Shown one piece after another: positions 1-13,086 of a stretch of DNA of 64,000 nucleotides. Every line of letters starts with the position of its first letter. The first letter of the stretch is position 1. Origin of the DNA: Octopus sinensis. Taxonomy: Eukaryota. The stretch is from NCBI RefSeq assembly GCF_006345805.1, contig NC_042999.1:152706001-152770000 (forward strand), written 5' to 3'. Made by a program: the position numbers and the translations under genes. Below the pieces are notes generated by a model. The model saw only the letters and a list, made by a program, of their open reading frames with translations, searched no databases and was not told the origin of the DNA.

Positions 1-46
<46 letters not shown>

Positions 47-83
47 CTATCTATCTCTCTATATCTCTCTCTCTCTCTCTCCC

Positions 84-136
<53 letters not shown>
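1..136. repeat. (TCTA)n/(CT)n compound microsatellite
   Basis: Directly visible tandem units. Confidence 0.95.
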
Positions 137-234
137 TTGTGTGTTTGTGAATGTTTGTATGTATCTGTGCGTATGTATATTATTGATATATATTCACATA
201 TATGGACGCATATGTATGTATATATGTGCGCGTG

Positions 235-431
235 TGTCTGTCCCCCACCGCTTGACAACTGGTTTTGGTTTGTTTACAGCCTCCTAACATAGCGTTTCGA
301 CAAAAAGAGGGGTAGAATACGTTCCCAACTTAAAAAAAAAAATAGGTACTAGGGTCGATTTGTTCGACTAAACCCTTCATAGATGCTGCACCAGAATGGT
401 CGCAATCCAATGAGTGAAACAAGTAAAAGAT
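235..431 (+). mobile_element. SINE family S1, 3' half (diverged)
   Basis: tgtcccc..cgcttgacaac..gggtcgatttgttcgactaaa..tgaaacaagtaaaaga matches the many other S1 copies in the window. Confidence 0.8.
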
Positions 432-699
432 ATTAAGTGATCAGGTATAGAATATTTTTTGATAATAGACGTGTCCAATTAGAGCCGACCCGGGGCTAAA
501 CAGCAGCAACAATAACAACAACAACAGCGACGAAAGCAATAATGACATCGACGACGACAAAGACAGAACGAAACTATCAAATATCAGACAAATTAATGAT
601 AGTAAAAATAATAATTAAACGAGGAAATTAACTGCCAGGAATTATCAAGGAGCAAACAGCAAAAACAGCAATGCAATGAAAATAACAACGTCGCCACCG

Positions 700-873
700 C
701 CGCCGCTGACAACAGCAACAACAACAACAACAACAACAAACAACCAACAACAACAACAACAATAACAAACAACCTTATAATTAAACAAGGAACTCAACAG
801 TAAGAGATTAACAAGGCAGTAAGAACAAATAATAACAACAACAGCAATAATAATAATAATAATAATAATGATG

Positions 874-904
<31 letters not shown>

Positions 905-924
905 AAATAATAATAATAATAATG

Positions 925-967
<43 letters not shown>

Positions 968-1500
968 TAATAATGATAATAATAATAATAATATTAATGA
1001 TGATGAAAAAGAAAGAAAAAGAAGAGGAAGGAGAAGAAGGAGATGAAAAAGAAGAAGAGGGAGAAAGGAAGAAAATATTAATAACAAGATTCATTTATAA
1101 AAAAAGTATCAAAAAAATAAACAATTGCTAAAAAATATCAACAAAAAAAAACAAAAAAAAAACAAAACATATATTGTAAAATATCAAAAAAGCAGTAAAA
1201 AAATAAGGAGAATAAAAATAAAAAGGAAAAATAAAAATAATATGAAATAATTAAGCAACATGTTGTAATTATCAACATCTTACATGATGGCAGCAAATAT
1301 TAGAAGTTGTCATCATCGTCATCATCATCAGCAGTAATTGTCTCCTCCTCTTCCTCCTCCTCAGCATCATCATCACCGAGAGCGTCATTACCGTCGTTAT
1401 CATTGTCGACGTCATCGTCATCACCACCGGCAACTTTGCCGCCACCACCACCGCCACCACCACCATCACTGCCGCCGCCTCCACCACCACCACAACCACC

Positions 1501-1552
<52 letters not shown>

Positions 1553-1636
1553 CCGTAGACATTGTGTCAACGTCGATGTCATTATCGTCGTAAACATCAG
1601 CATCGTCAATGTCTTCATCATCACCATCATCATCAC

Positions 1637-1675
<39 letters not shown>

Positions 1676-2146
1676 TCATATCATCATCTTCATTATCATC
1701 ATCGTCATAGTCATCATTATCATCATCATCATCATCACCATCGTCGTCGTCGTCTTCATCATCATCATCCCCATCATCCTTCTCTGTGAATTTGTTCTTT
1801 TGATTTAGGCTTATTGTTTAGGCTTATAAGACTTCATACAAAAAGATAAATGCCTTTGTGGCGTTCTGTTGCTTTTCAGCAGGTTCCTAGTTCAAAACCA
1901 GGAGAGAGCGACTCAGAGTTTCGCCTTTCGTGGACCGAAAATTTTATCGACTGTGCAACAGTTTCACCAAATTGTATAAATAAAGAATAAGATGAAGAAG
2001 AAAGAGAAGACCAAGAAGAATAAGAAAAAAAAAGAAAAGAAGGAAGAAGAAGAAGAAGAAGAAGAAGAAGAAGAAGAAGAAGAAGAAGAAGAAGAAGAAG
2101 AAGAAGAAAAGAAAGAATAGAAGAAAGAGTAGCGGAAGAAGAAAAA

Positions 2147-2181
<35 letters not shown>

Positions 2182-2233
2182 AGAGACGAAAAAAAGAAAA
2201 GAATGAATAGTGGAAGAAGAAGAAGAGGAAGAA

Positions 2234-2265
<32 letters not shown>

Positions 2266-2935
2266 GGACGAAGAAGAAAAGTAAGAGAAGAGGAAGAAGA
2301 AAAGGAAGAAGGAAAAAGAGAAGAGGGAGAAAAGGAAGAAAAAAGAAAGAGAAGAGGAAGAAACAGAAAATGAAAAGAAGGAAAGGACGAAGAAGAAGGG
2401 AGTGGGAGTGGAATTGAAGAAGTACTTCAAACGAAGTTCGTCAAAAATCTCACAATATGGAAACGAAGTAGAAAGACACAAATTTGTAGCAAAAACAAGA
2501 ACATTATAACCATCGCCACCACCACCACCACCACCACCACCACTACCACCACCGCCACCACCATTAACAACATCAGCCATAACCATGAGGTGTAAAACCA
2601 CCACTACCATCACCACCACCACTACAACCAACACTAGTACCACCGCCGCTGCTACTACTGCTACTGCTACCACCACTACCACCACCACCACCACCACCAC
2701 CACAGTGTTTATAGAACTACCATCATCATTACTGCCACAAAGACCACTATTACCATGATCACCACTGTTATCCCTACCACCACCACCATCGCCAGTACTA
2801 CCATTAACACCATTAACTCCAAAACTACCACCCCCACCCCGCCCTGCCATCAATGCCAGAACCACTGCCACCACCACTAGTATTAAATTCACCACCACCA
2901 CCACCACAACAACAACAACAACAACACAACAACAG
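700..2935. repeat. Cluster of trinucleotide microsatellites (AAC, AAT, CAT, CAC, GAA)
   Basis: Directly visible; source of the poly-I/H/S/V/D ORFs. Confidence 0.9.
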
Positions 2936-3289
2936 CTACAAGAGCAGAATGAAGAGAAAGCTAATCAAAAATATTTGAAAAAAAACCCAACAAAAATAAT
3001 AAATAAGCGACGCGGAAAATGAAAAAGAAAACAAAAAAACATAATTCATGATTAAAAAAAAGACATACAAAACAAACAGAGTGAATAAAAAAAAAATGGA
3101 AAAGAAAAAAAAAAACGGCGACAAATAGAAAAATAAAAATAAAGAAAAAAAAACCTTAATTATTGATTTGTTTTGATGAGAGTATAATGGCAAAAATGTA
3201 ATTGATAATTATAAAATAGAAAGGGAAATAACAATATATATGTTTGTGTGTGTGTATATATGTGTGTGTGTGTATATTTATGTATATGC

Positions 3290-3360
<71 letters not shown>

Positions 3361-3991
3361 ATATATATATACATATTTTCCTCTTCTTTTTTCTTTTTTC
3401 TTCTTACTTTTCTCTTTCTTTTCTAGAAAAGTAGGAAAGAAAGAGAAGAGAAAGAAATAAAGAAGGAAAAGGAAAGAGAAGAGTTCTCTTTCTTCTCCTT
3501 CTTTACTTTTTTCTCTTCTCTTTCTTTTCTACTTCTTTTATTCTTCCTCTTCTTTTTCTTCTCCTTCTTCTTCTTCTTCTTCTTCTTCTTCTTCTTCTTC
3601 TTCTCTCTATATATGCATACACACACACACATACACACACACACACTTAAGCTGTTCGGCTAGGGTGTTGTGGTGTTGGTGGTAGTGGTAGTTTCCGATG
3701 GTGATCGTGGTGATGGTGTTGGTATTCGTGGTAGTGAGGGGTCTTCGGTGGTGGTGGGGTCGTCGTCAGTGGTGGTGGTGGTGGTGGCCGTAGTTCTTGG
3801 TGGTGTTGGTGGAGATGGTTTTAACAATGTCGATGCTGCTGCTTTTGCTGATGATGAGGAGGACGGAGCGTGAAAGAAGGAGGAGGAGGAGGAGGAGGAA
3901 GAAGAGGGCAACAACGATGATGACACTGATGACGTTACATTTACACCAGCATACGCTCATACGTATCCTATGTGCGTGTATGTGTCTAATT

Positions 3992-4022
<31 letters not shown>

Positions 4023-4224
4023 GTAATGTATAAGAATACAAAAAATGGAACAAGAAGGTAACAGGCGCAACAAGACATCCAGACAGTTAGATGACACAAA
4101 AAGGACAACAAAACAAGGACGGTCATTCGGACATTCGGAGAGTTTTCTTTCGTCAGTCGAGATCCAGGTTATCTTTGCAGTTTCGGTTGGTTATGTATGT
4201 TGTATATATATATAATTATTATAT

Positions 4225-4321
<97 letters not shown>

Positions 4322-4394
4322 CAAAATTGAGAAGAAAAAAGCGATTAATTAGCATGGAAGACTAAGTGACGAATACTGAATTGACAAATTAATA

Positions 4395-5076
4395 TTGTGT
4401 GGAGTCAAAAGATTTGTAATATTTCGGCAACTTATTTACTTTATTCATCAAGTTATAACAAACCCCGCCTGGCCTTCAAAGTAGGAAGCTAGGTTTGGAT
4501 GTGGCATCATTCTGATTTCAAAATCCTGGAGTTTACTTCGTGTTGTTCGAACAGTATGAGGCTTTGCGTTGTTTTGCTCCAGAAGGGCGTGCTTTCTGCT
4601 GGGTATTCTTGCCCCACAGTGGTATACATCCACTCCTATTGCTCGAAGTACAGGTTCGTATCGATGGTTCGACCGTTAGGAACGAAATCGTTGTGAATTA
4701 TCCCCTCATAATTCAACTAAACCCAAAACATCATTTTGTGTTCGAAACGCCTGTGTTAGGAGACAGGTTCCGGAACCTGGCCCTTGCTTAACCATTGCTT
4801 TTACACGTTAGGATTTCTGAAAAATATCTCCCTCGGATTATTACTTGTTTCGATCCATGGCTCATTTCTTGCGCTCACGACGCTCCAACGACCACATGAC
4901 GGAGTTCTTTGCTTCAAAAAACAATAACTGGTATCAGCGTCAGATCAAAGAACAGGCACAAAGGTGGCTTCAGACGGCGCAGTGTAACGCGATGTCCTCT
5001 AATTTAAATGCTTGGCTACTTTTGCTATAATTTGACGAATAAAGCAAATATGTCACCAAAATATGACTCAACACAA
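4395..5076 (+). mobile_element. Internally deleted and rearranged mariner element
   Basis: Imperfect TIRs ttgtgtggagtcaaaa / atatgactcaacacaa with TA on each side. Minus-strand peptide RKHALLEQNNAKPHT..PHPNLA and plus-strand PSDYYLFRSMAHFL..FFASK..RW are mariner DD34D-region motifs. Confidence 0.8.
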
Positions 5077-5484
5077 TAATTTTGATATTGAGATATGGTA
5101 CTACTAAACCATTCTTTTTTGGGTTCAAAGACTACTATAATCGATACACAGGATTCTTCTAAACATATTATGCTAGTAAACTGTTCTGCTACCAATACAC
5201 TTACACATACACGCACACACATACATGTATATAAATACGTATTTGTATGTGTACATTGGTCAGTTAAAGTTGAGACGGTGTCACGTGACAACTTGCTGGG
5301 GCTGCCTGCTGGAGCCTAGCAACAGGTATTTAAAGGGAAAAAAAATTGACAAGGCAGTCAGTCGCCGGCTGACACTCGTTGACGCTACATCGAAGAGGTC
5401 AAGAAACAGAAGAAAAAGAAGAAAGAAGACATGCACCAAACACCAGAGCTGAAGACACCTCCGAAAGAGGGGGGCCGCCACGTC

Positions 5485-5586
5485 AAAACGGTAGAGGAGT
5501 AGGGGCCGAAACTGGACGTGGTTCCTCCTGATGATGTCTTGAGCTAACTGGATCCTATAAAGGTAGCAGACCACGAAACACGGTTG
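5485..5586 (+). ncRNA. Degenerate hammerhead-ribozyme-like motif (type III-like topology)
   Basis: GTA-gaggag...ttcctc-CTGATGA-tgtct..gcta..tagcagaccac-GAAA-cacggtt; stem I has 6 bp, stems II and III are imperfect. Confidence 0.4.
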
Positions 5587-5759
5587 AAATTCCTACATAC
5601 ATGCAGGCGCGCACACGTATATATGTATACTCATTCACAAGCAGCTCACGTGGTAGCAGGTACTGAAGAGCACTAATAACTACAAAGTGCATCCATCAGT
5701 CCATTAGAAAACGCTTTCAGCTGATGTTTCTTTTTGTAAAAATAGAATAGTATTACTGA

Positions 5760-6440
5760 AGCATTGTGTGTTATTACATTAAAGAGATTTGTATAAGGCC
5801 GGAACAATGCGAGAAGATGTAAAGCAAACTACAAAACAGAAAAGAAAACAAAATAAAGTTGTAGTTTTACTATATATTCCTATGACCCCTTTTCCAGGAC
5901 ATGGAAAAGGAAGGTTGTTGCTCAGATGTCTGGAGGAAGAAGGTGACATGCGCAGATTCGTGTTGCTATGGTAATCAGTCTGCTTCATCTAATTCTTTCC
6001 TGTTGTTTAAGGCTGGTGTCACTTTGTTGATAAGGAGATCCTCCATGATTCTGAGATTGTTTCTGTTGCGTTGAATGGTCCTAATGAATACCTTGAAGTT
6101 CCGGGCCTGGCACTTCTCTAGGTGTTTTTTGATTGAGGCTTCTATGCACATATGTTCTTTCATTCGAACCCGTAATTTTCTGGTGGTACGCCCAATGAGA
6201 ATAAAACTGGCTAAGAGGTCCCACACTTCTCAAAAGTCTGATAGTAAGCTTACTACTTGCTCCATTTCCCTGGAGCTACAAGGTTTGTTGTGTTTATATA
6301 AGAAGATTGAGTACTTGGTTCTCTAGGACTGTTCAAGGGATGTAGACACCTCTGATGGGAAACTAACAAGTGTTGAAAATAATAGATTAAGGCTGTTCAT
6401 GTGATTAAGATTATAGATTAAGGCTGTTCAACCTTCGGAG
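5760..6440 (-). mobile_element. Penelope-like element remnant with GIY-YIG endonuclease C-terminal part
   Basis: ORF 5975-6226: IGRTTRKLRVRMKEH...IKKHLEKC...LRIMEDLLINKVTPALN fits the YIG-x-T-x-R-x-L-x2-R-x2-EH...E...P-x-LN GIY-YIG pattern. Confidence 0.75.
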
Positions 6441-6454
6441 AGATACGTTAATTT

Positions 6455-7776
6455 TGATCACCTTGACCGACCAGTCCGTCAGGCGTCCATTTGACACCGC
6501 TGGTTACAGTACGCTGTCCACTCCTCTCTGGATCGCGCCTTTCTCATCCACGTGATCCCAATCGTCCTCCTGAAGTCGTAACTCCACCGTCGTGGAGGTC
6601 TTCTGGGTGGTCTTTTCCGCTCACGCGGGTACCACTCCACAACTGCATGCGTCCACCGATTATCGGTGAGCCGGGCGACGTGTCCAGCCCATCTATACTT
6701 GCTGCGTGTATACTCTGCGATGACATCTCTCATGCCGGACTTCTTTCTGATGATCTTGCTACTTATGTGCTCTCTCAACGAGATACCAAGCATTGACCTT
6801 TCCATGGCTCTTTGAGCCGTTACCAGTCTTTGCTCTTCTCTCTTTGTGGTAGCCCATGTTTCACTACCATATAACATTGCAGGCGGAACTGCACTGTTAA
6901 TGAGGTTGGCGCGGGTGGTCCTGTCCAACCTTCCCTTGAGCACATCCCTTATGCCATTGAACGCCTTCTATCCGGCCCTTACTCTCCGTGAGATCTCCTT
7001 TTTGATATCCCGGCACATATTTACTTCCTGTCCCAGGTAGACATATTCCCTCACCTCCTCTATTTCATCACTGCCGATCACCATTTGACCTGTTGGTACA
7101 TTGTCGACCGCATGTACTTTGTTTTCATGCGGTTCATCTTGAGACCTACTGCAGAACTTTTGATGTCGAGCTCCGTCAGCATGGTCTGAAGCTGATCCAT
7201 GTTTTCAGCGATGAGTACGATGTCGTCAGCGAAACGGAGGTGAGTAAGGAGCTCGCCATTGATGTTGACACCACCTTGCCAGTCGATGCCTCTGATGATC
7301 TGTTCGAGACATGCAGTGAAAAGTTTTGGGGAATTGTATCTCCTTGCTTCACTCCCTTCTCGACCGGCACTCGTATGGGTGATGACAGTAGAGCTATGTC
7401 GGTGGTGCATCCGGAATTTGCCTCTCTGAGCAGCTGCACATATTGCGCTTCGATTCCTTGCCTCCGCAGCGAGTTCAGCACTGCGTTGGTTTCGACGCTA
7501 TCGAAGGCCTTCTCATAATCTATAAACGCAACGCAAAGAGGCAGTTGCGTTAGAGTAAATATGTGGTCAATTGTGCTGTAGTTCTTCCGGAAGCCTGCTT
7601 GTTCCCTCGGTTGTTGTTCGTCGAGACGACGTGACAACCTGTTCAGAATTATCTTCGTGAACAGCTTGTACGCGTGAGACAGCAGGCATATGGGTCGGTA
7701 GTTCTTTAGATCTTCTCTGTCGCCCTTCTTATACAGCAGGATGGTATTTGACTCTTTCCACTGCGAGGGAATTCTT
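6455..7776 (-). mobile_element. 5'-truncated RTE-clade LINE (RT and C-terminus, frameshifted)
   Basis: Motifs KNYRPICLL, REQAGFRKNYSTIDHIFTL, AFIDYEKAFDSVE, GVKQGDT, HLRFADDIVLI, MLYGSETW, RWAGHVAR; split over several frames. Confidence 0.95.
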
Positions 7777-7839
7777 AGTGCGTAAATAGTGCTTGTCTAT
7801 ATATTATATATATAATATATATATATTGTCGGTGATTGT

Positions 7840-7884
7840 CGTGCGCTGACGACGGGTAAATACCCAGAAAGTCGGGTCCGTGCG
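7840..7884 (+). ncRNA. Minimal type I hammerhead-like motif within a structured (TA)n-flanked island (7826-8046)
   Basis: cgtgcg-CTGACGA-cgggtaaataccca-GAAA-gtcgg-GTC-cgtgcg; stem I has 6 bp with 2 G.U pairs, stem II is gggt/accc, stem III is degenerate. Confidence 0.55.
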
Positions 7885-8062
7885 TATCACGTCAGATCGA
7901 CAATGGGAAGGATGGCTTCCCTTTGCAAATACTGATAGGGCACAGAAAGTGTGTCAACAGCCAGCTGGAGATGTTCTCCTGGGGCTACAACCTACAGTAG
8001 CACCCATCTTTAGGGGTTAGCCACATTTAAGTGGCAAATATACTTCATATATATATATATAT

Positions 8063-8108
<46 letters not shown>

Positions 8109-8819
8109 TGGTAGATAGATAGATATAGATAGATAGATAGATATAGATAGATAGATAGATAGATATAGATAGATAGATACTGAGACAAGACGGTAAAGGA
8201 GAGAAGGATATACACACAGATAATGGGAGTCACGTCATTTACGTATGTCCATATATAACCATGTGTGTGTGTGTGTGTGTGTCTCTGTGTGTGTGTGAGG
8301 GAGTGAGAGAGAGACTGAGAGTGAAAGAGAGCCTATAGTCCATAGAAATCACGACTATGCTGTATTTTAAACTGTTTTCTAAAAGATATTTTATATGTCC
8401 TTATCTATCCTTTATGTTTTGTTTCGAAACAATAAATTTCTATCGACGTTTGAAGACCTTGCCTGTATTATCTTCTGCAACGAAATGATTTCACCAACGT
8501 TGTTATTGCCATTTTATTGTAGGTGATAATCACGGCAATTCTGTGCTGTCTGTCTATACCTCATTTGATATTACCAGATTTAAAAAAAATTTTCCTGTTT
8601 CTGACGTCAATTTTCTTTCAGCTACCAGGAAATAGATATACTCTGATGTCTACCGTTAGTTTGTTACTATGATGTTGTTGCGGTATCTGCGTATTGAGCT
8701 TTGCTTAGATTTTTCTAGATTTTTTTCTATCAATATAGCTTTCATGACTAATCTCATAGTCTTTTGGGGGCATTCTGTAAGAGATAGTAGTGTTATCAAC
8801 CAATGTTTCACTTCTCTTT

Positions 8820-8879
<60 letters not shown>

Positions 8880-9461
8880 AACATTAAGAGACATTGCAAT
8901 ATATAAAATCAGAAAATACAAACGGACGCGAAGTAGAAAATGGAGAAAGGAAAGAGAGAAAGAATATGGTTTTGGAAAAGGGGTTTGTTGCCGTGTGTGC
9001 ATCGATGCAAATTACGTAAAAGGCTGGGTTATCTCATATAAAGATAAAATACAGTTACAACAGAGAAACAAATACACACAGACACACAAGCACACAATCT
9101 CTACATATACATACATACGTACATATATATATATATCCATAAATATACATATACATGCATGAAAACATACATACATACGTACGTACGTATGTATATATAT
9201 ATAAGTATATATATTGAACAAATATGATCTAAGAGAAATACCTCAGAGTGGCCAGTGGCAAGTATTTGTTCAACGTAGACAATACAGGCATATCAAATAT
9301 CATACAACATAATTGTTTCATCTGTTAAAATTATCTCCGCTCTTTTAGGATGCGTCACAATTACCAAATGTCAAATGAGACCAGTTCCACATGAATTGTG
9401 GGAGAGGGATAATCTCAAGAATCAGGAAATCTGCAAAGTTACATATATGTATGTATATATA

Positions 9462-9540
<79 letters not shown>

Positions 9541-9559
9541 GTATGTATGTATGTATATT

Positions 9560-9705
9560 ACTGACACACTTTAGAAAAACAAAAGATGGAGATAGGTGTA
9601 TGAACACCAAGCAGGTGTATCAGTTTGACGCTCGGGAAAGTAAGAAAGCCGTTTACGTTTCGAGCCTATGCTCCAGAAGAAAGGAACAGAAATAAACAGA
9701 GAGAA
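9560..9705 (-). mobile_element. (TA)n-associated short element with eroded hammerhead (sister of 45960-46170)
   Basis: Minus strand reads gagc-atag-gctc-GAAACGTA-aac; the CTGANGA half is lost. Confidence 0.5.
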
Positions 9706-9730
9706 TATATATATACATAAATATATACTA

Positions 9731-9810
<80 letters not shown>

Positions 9811-10029
9811 ATATTATATTAAAGTAGGTGAATGAATTATCCTATGTTTATCGTCAGCATGGAAAATTCGTTTAACCGAAACCTGGGTAGCAAGTTCACG
9901 TCAGAAACACGGTTAAAGCGACCTGTCAGGGTAGAAACTCCGGGTTCATGTGTAGAAATTTGTGTGTTGTATATGAATAAATGAAAGAATGGAGTCGAAC
10001 GAAGATGTTAACAAAATTCCTTTACTCTC

Positions 10030-10129
<100 letters not shown>

Positions 10130-10167
10130 ACATACATACATACATACATACATACATACATACATAC

Positions 10168-10199
<32 letters not shown>

Positions 10200-10496
10200 T
10201 ATTTATATTTATATATACATACATATATATACTGTATACGCACTCACACACAATATGGACTCTCTCGTCGAAGACGATGTTCAGCTTGTTTGCCGAACGA
10301 CCTTCACAGATGATTTCTTTATAGTTATCAAATGTTCGTGGTACACATTAGCTCCCTTTTTCTATCAAATCTACGTTCCCTAAACAGGTGCGCGGTGTAC
10401 CACGCGTCAGGTGTCCAAGTGGTTGCAGAGCAACACACTAACCATCAAGCTATGCATCCCACGCGCGCACGCACGCACACACACATATTTTAGAAG

Positions 10497-10925
10497 GAGC
10501 ATGCGTAGCTGTATGGCAAGAAGCTTGCTTCCCAAACATATGGTTCTGGGTTCAGTCCTACTGCGTGGCACCTTTGGCAAGTGTCTTTTATTATAGTCTC
10601 GGGTTGAGCAGAACCATTTGAGTAGATTTGGCTGACGGAAACTGAAAGAATCCCGTCGCATATATGTATATGTTTATATGTATATATCAGTGTTTGTGTG
10701 AGTTGTATGTGTGTTTCTCTTATCACAACCGCTTGACAACCGGTGTGGTGTGGGTGTTTTCCATACACTAAAGTAGCGGTTCGGCAAAATAAATCGACAA
10801 AATAAGTACCAGGCTTACAGATAAATGAAACGTAAGTATTGGGGTCGATTCGTTCAACTAAATATTCTACAAGGTGGTGCTCCAGCGAGGCCTCACAATA
10901 CTGAAACAAGTGTAAGATAAAAGAT
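10497..10925 (+). mobile_element. SINE S1, full length, diverged
   Basis: tRNA-like head (A box tagctgtatgg, B box ggttcagtcc), internal (TA/TG)n tract, S1 tail. Confidence 0.85.
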
Positions 10926-11433
10926 TAGAACAAGTGTAAAAGATTAAAACATAAGATAAAAGATTAGAAGATAATGTGTAGTGTATACACACACGCAGAC
11001 ATACGTAGACACACATACGCACACGCACACATGCACACACATAGAAATATACATACACAAACACACACAGACATACACAAACACACACACACAGAAACAC
11101 ACGCACAAACAAACATACATACACACAAACAAACACACACAGAGACACACGAACGCATACACACTCAAACAAACACACACCCACACATACACATAAATAC
11201 ACACGCAAACACACACACATACATATACACACAAACACAAACACACACACAAACACACACACAATACACAACAATACACACAATACAAAACACACACAAA
11301 CGCACAAACCAACACACATGCAAACACACACACACACACCACGCACTCACATACAAACACACACACTTATACACAATTGAATCCTCAAGACAGTATCCTC
11401 AAAACCAAGTGTCTGTGTCCAAGGACAGAACCT

Positions 11434-11664
11434 ATTTCTTTACTACCCACAAGGGGCTAAACACAGAGAGGACAAACAAGGACAGACATAGGTATTAAGT
11501 CGATTGCATCGACCCCAGTGCGTAACTGGTACTTTATTTATCGACCCCGAAAGGATGAAAGGCAAAGTCGACCTCAGCGGAATTTGAACTCAGAACGTAA
11601 CGGCAGACGAAATACCGCTACGCATTTCACCCGACGTGCTAACGTTTCTGCCAGCTCGCCGCCT
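11434..11664 (-). mobile_element. SINE family S5 (tail type a)
   Basis: ggcggcgagctggcagaaacgttagcac..gagttcaaattcc..ctttcatcctttcggggtcgataaa; near-identical to 58647-58866. Confidence 0.9.
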
Positions 11665-11669
11665 CTCAG

Positions 11670-12150
11670 AACCACCTCTCTCTTCGGTCGCACGCTGACA
11701 CATCTCGTAGCGCCAGGTTCCTACTACTCCACCTCCTATAATTCAAGTTTTCAGCTCTGACATCAACTCCGTTAGTGTAACACTATGTGACGTCTTTAGA
11801 GTACATAATGCTTCATCGTTTCACCCCTGATAAAACTCGAAGGTGTGTCCCTCTACTCTCCTCCACATCCCAAAAACCATAACCACAACTCCCCAAGTGG
11901 TTCACACACAACCGTTCTGCATCAAAGGAGGTGACGAACACGGTCATTGATAACTAAAGAAACCCACACCCTCTACCTACAGGGTGGATCTTGCCTACAA
12001 CTGCAATTTCTACAAGTTGGCAACCTGAAAAAGCAAAACATGAGCTCTCGTATTACGCAACCCTGGGGTCCATTTCATCTCAAGCGTCTCAACCATCAGT
12101 TCTGGCTTCTTTCCAAAAGTATCTCTTTCAAAATGGCGGTAGATTTTATG
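11670..12150 (+). mobile_element. Possible highly decayed LINE ORF2 fragment (endonuclease-RT linker)
   Basis: Broken peptides such as KWFTH and HQFWLLSKSIS resemble the PWF / FW linker motifs of APE-type LINEs; no intact frame. Confidence 0.35.
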
Positions 12151-12204
12151 TGACTTCAGAAATAACATCTTCAAGTATAAAGGCTATACGATGTATTCTT
12201 TTAT

Positions 12205-12446
12205 TCTTTTATGTTTTTCAGTCATTTGACTGCGACCATGTTGGAGCACCGCCTTTCAGTCGAACAAATCGACCCCAGGACTCATTCTTTGTAAGCCTAG
12301 TATTTATTATCTCGATATCTTTTTGCCGAACCGCTACTTTACGGGGACGTAACCACACCAACATCGGTTGTCAAGCGATGGTGGGGATAAACACACACAC
12401 ACACAAACATATATATATATATACACACATACACACACACACAAAC

Positions 12447-12478
<32 letters not shown>

Positions 12479-12635
12479 GAGTGGCTTCTTTCAATTTCCG
12501 TCTACGAAATCCACTTTGGTCCGCCCGAGGCTATAGTAGAAGACACTTCCCCAAGGTGTCACGCAGTGGAACTGAATCCAGAACCATGTGGTTGGGAATC
12601 AAGCTTCTTACCACACAGCAATGCCTGAGCCTGCA
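12205..12635 (-). mobile_element. SINE S1, full length
   Basis: Reverse complement of the S1 pattern with internal (CA)n(TA)n. Confidence 0.9.
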
Positions 12636-13086
12636 TACAGCAAAAAAAAAAAAGCAGAAAAATCTACTCCAACATTCATATTGGTTTCGGTAACTTTGAA
12701 CTCAAAACGTAAAGACCGACGAAATACCAAAAAGACGGACGAAACAAGTGTAGGTTCAACGACAATCTAGCAATAGAACAGGCTCTCAGAAATTCTGGAT
12801 TGTTGTCCACCGGGAATGAGGACCGCCTTAGCTTTTGGTAAAGCATGTCTCTGGAACCAGCTTCAAACCTAGGCTTCTTCTGCTTCGATTGTTGGTAGTA
12901 AACTTGGTCAGCAAATTCTTTGAGACGGTCGGTAATCAACAGCAAGTAGAACTGCTACAGATAACTATCCCAAAGTGTGTATGCATGGGAAGGGAGGCCA
13001 TATGTGAATTTGCATTGCCACTGAAACTCCAAACACTCGTTGGTTGGAGCCGGCTCAATCCACTCCGGGTGATTGCTGCTGCCAGT

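Noticed and set aside
1860-1940. Possible tRNA (gttcaaaacc B-box-like)
   Set aside because: No cloverleaf can be formed; at most a SINE head remnant
645-3960. Long poly-I/H/S/V/P/G ORFs
   Set aside because: They are translations of trinucleotide microsatellites, open in several frames on both strands, with no domain or splice evidence
9225-9445. Island with GAAAC-aattat-GTT and a long stem on the minus strand
   Set aside because: The CUGANGA core and stem I cannot be recovered; too degenerate to call a hammerhead
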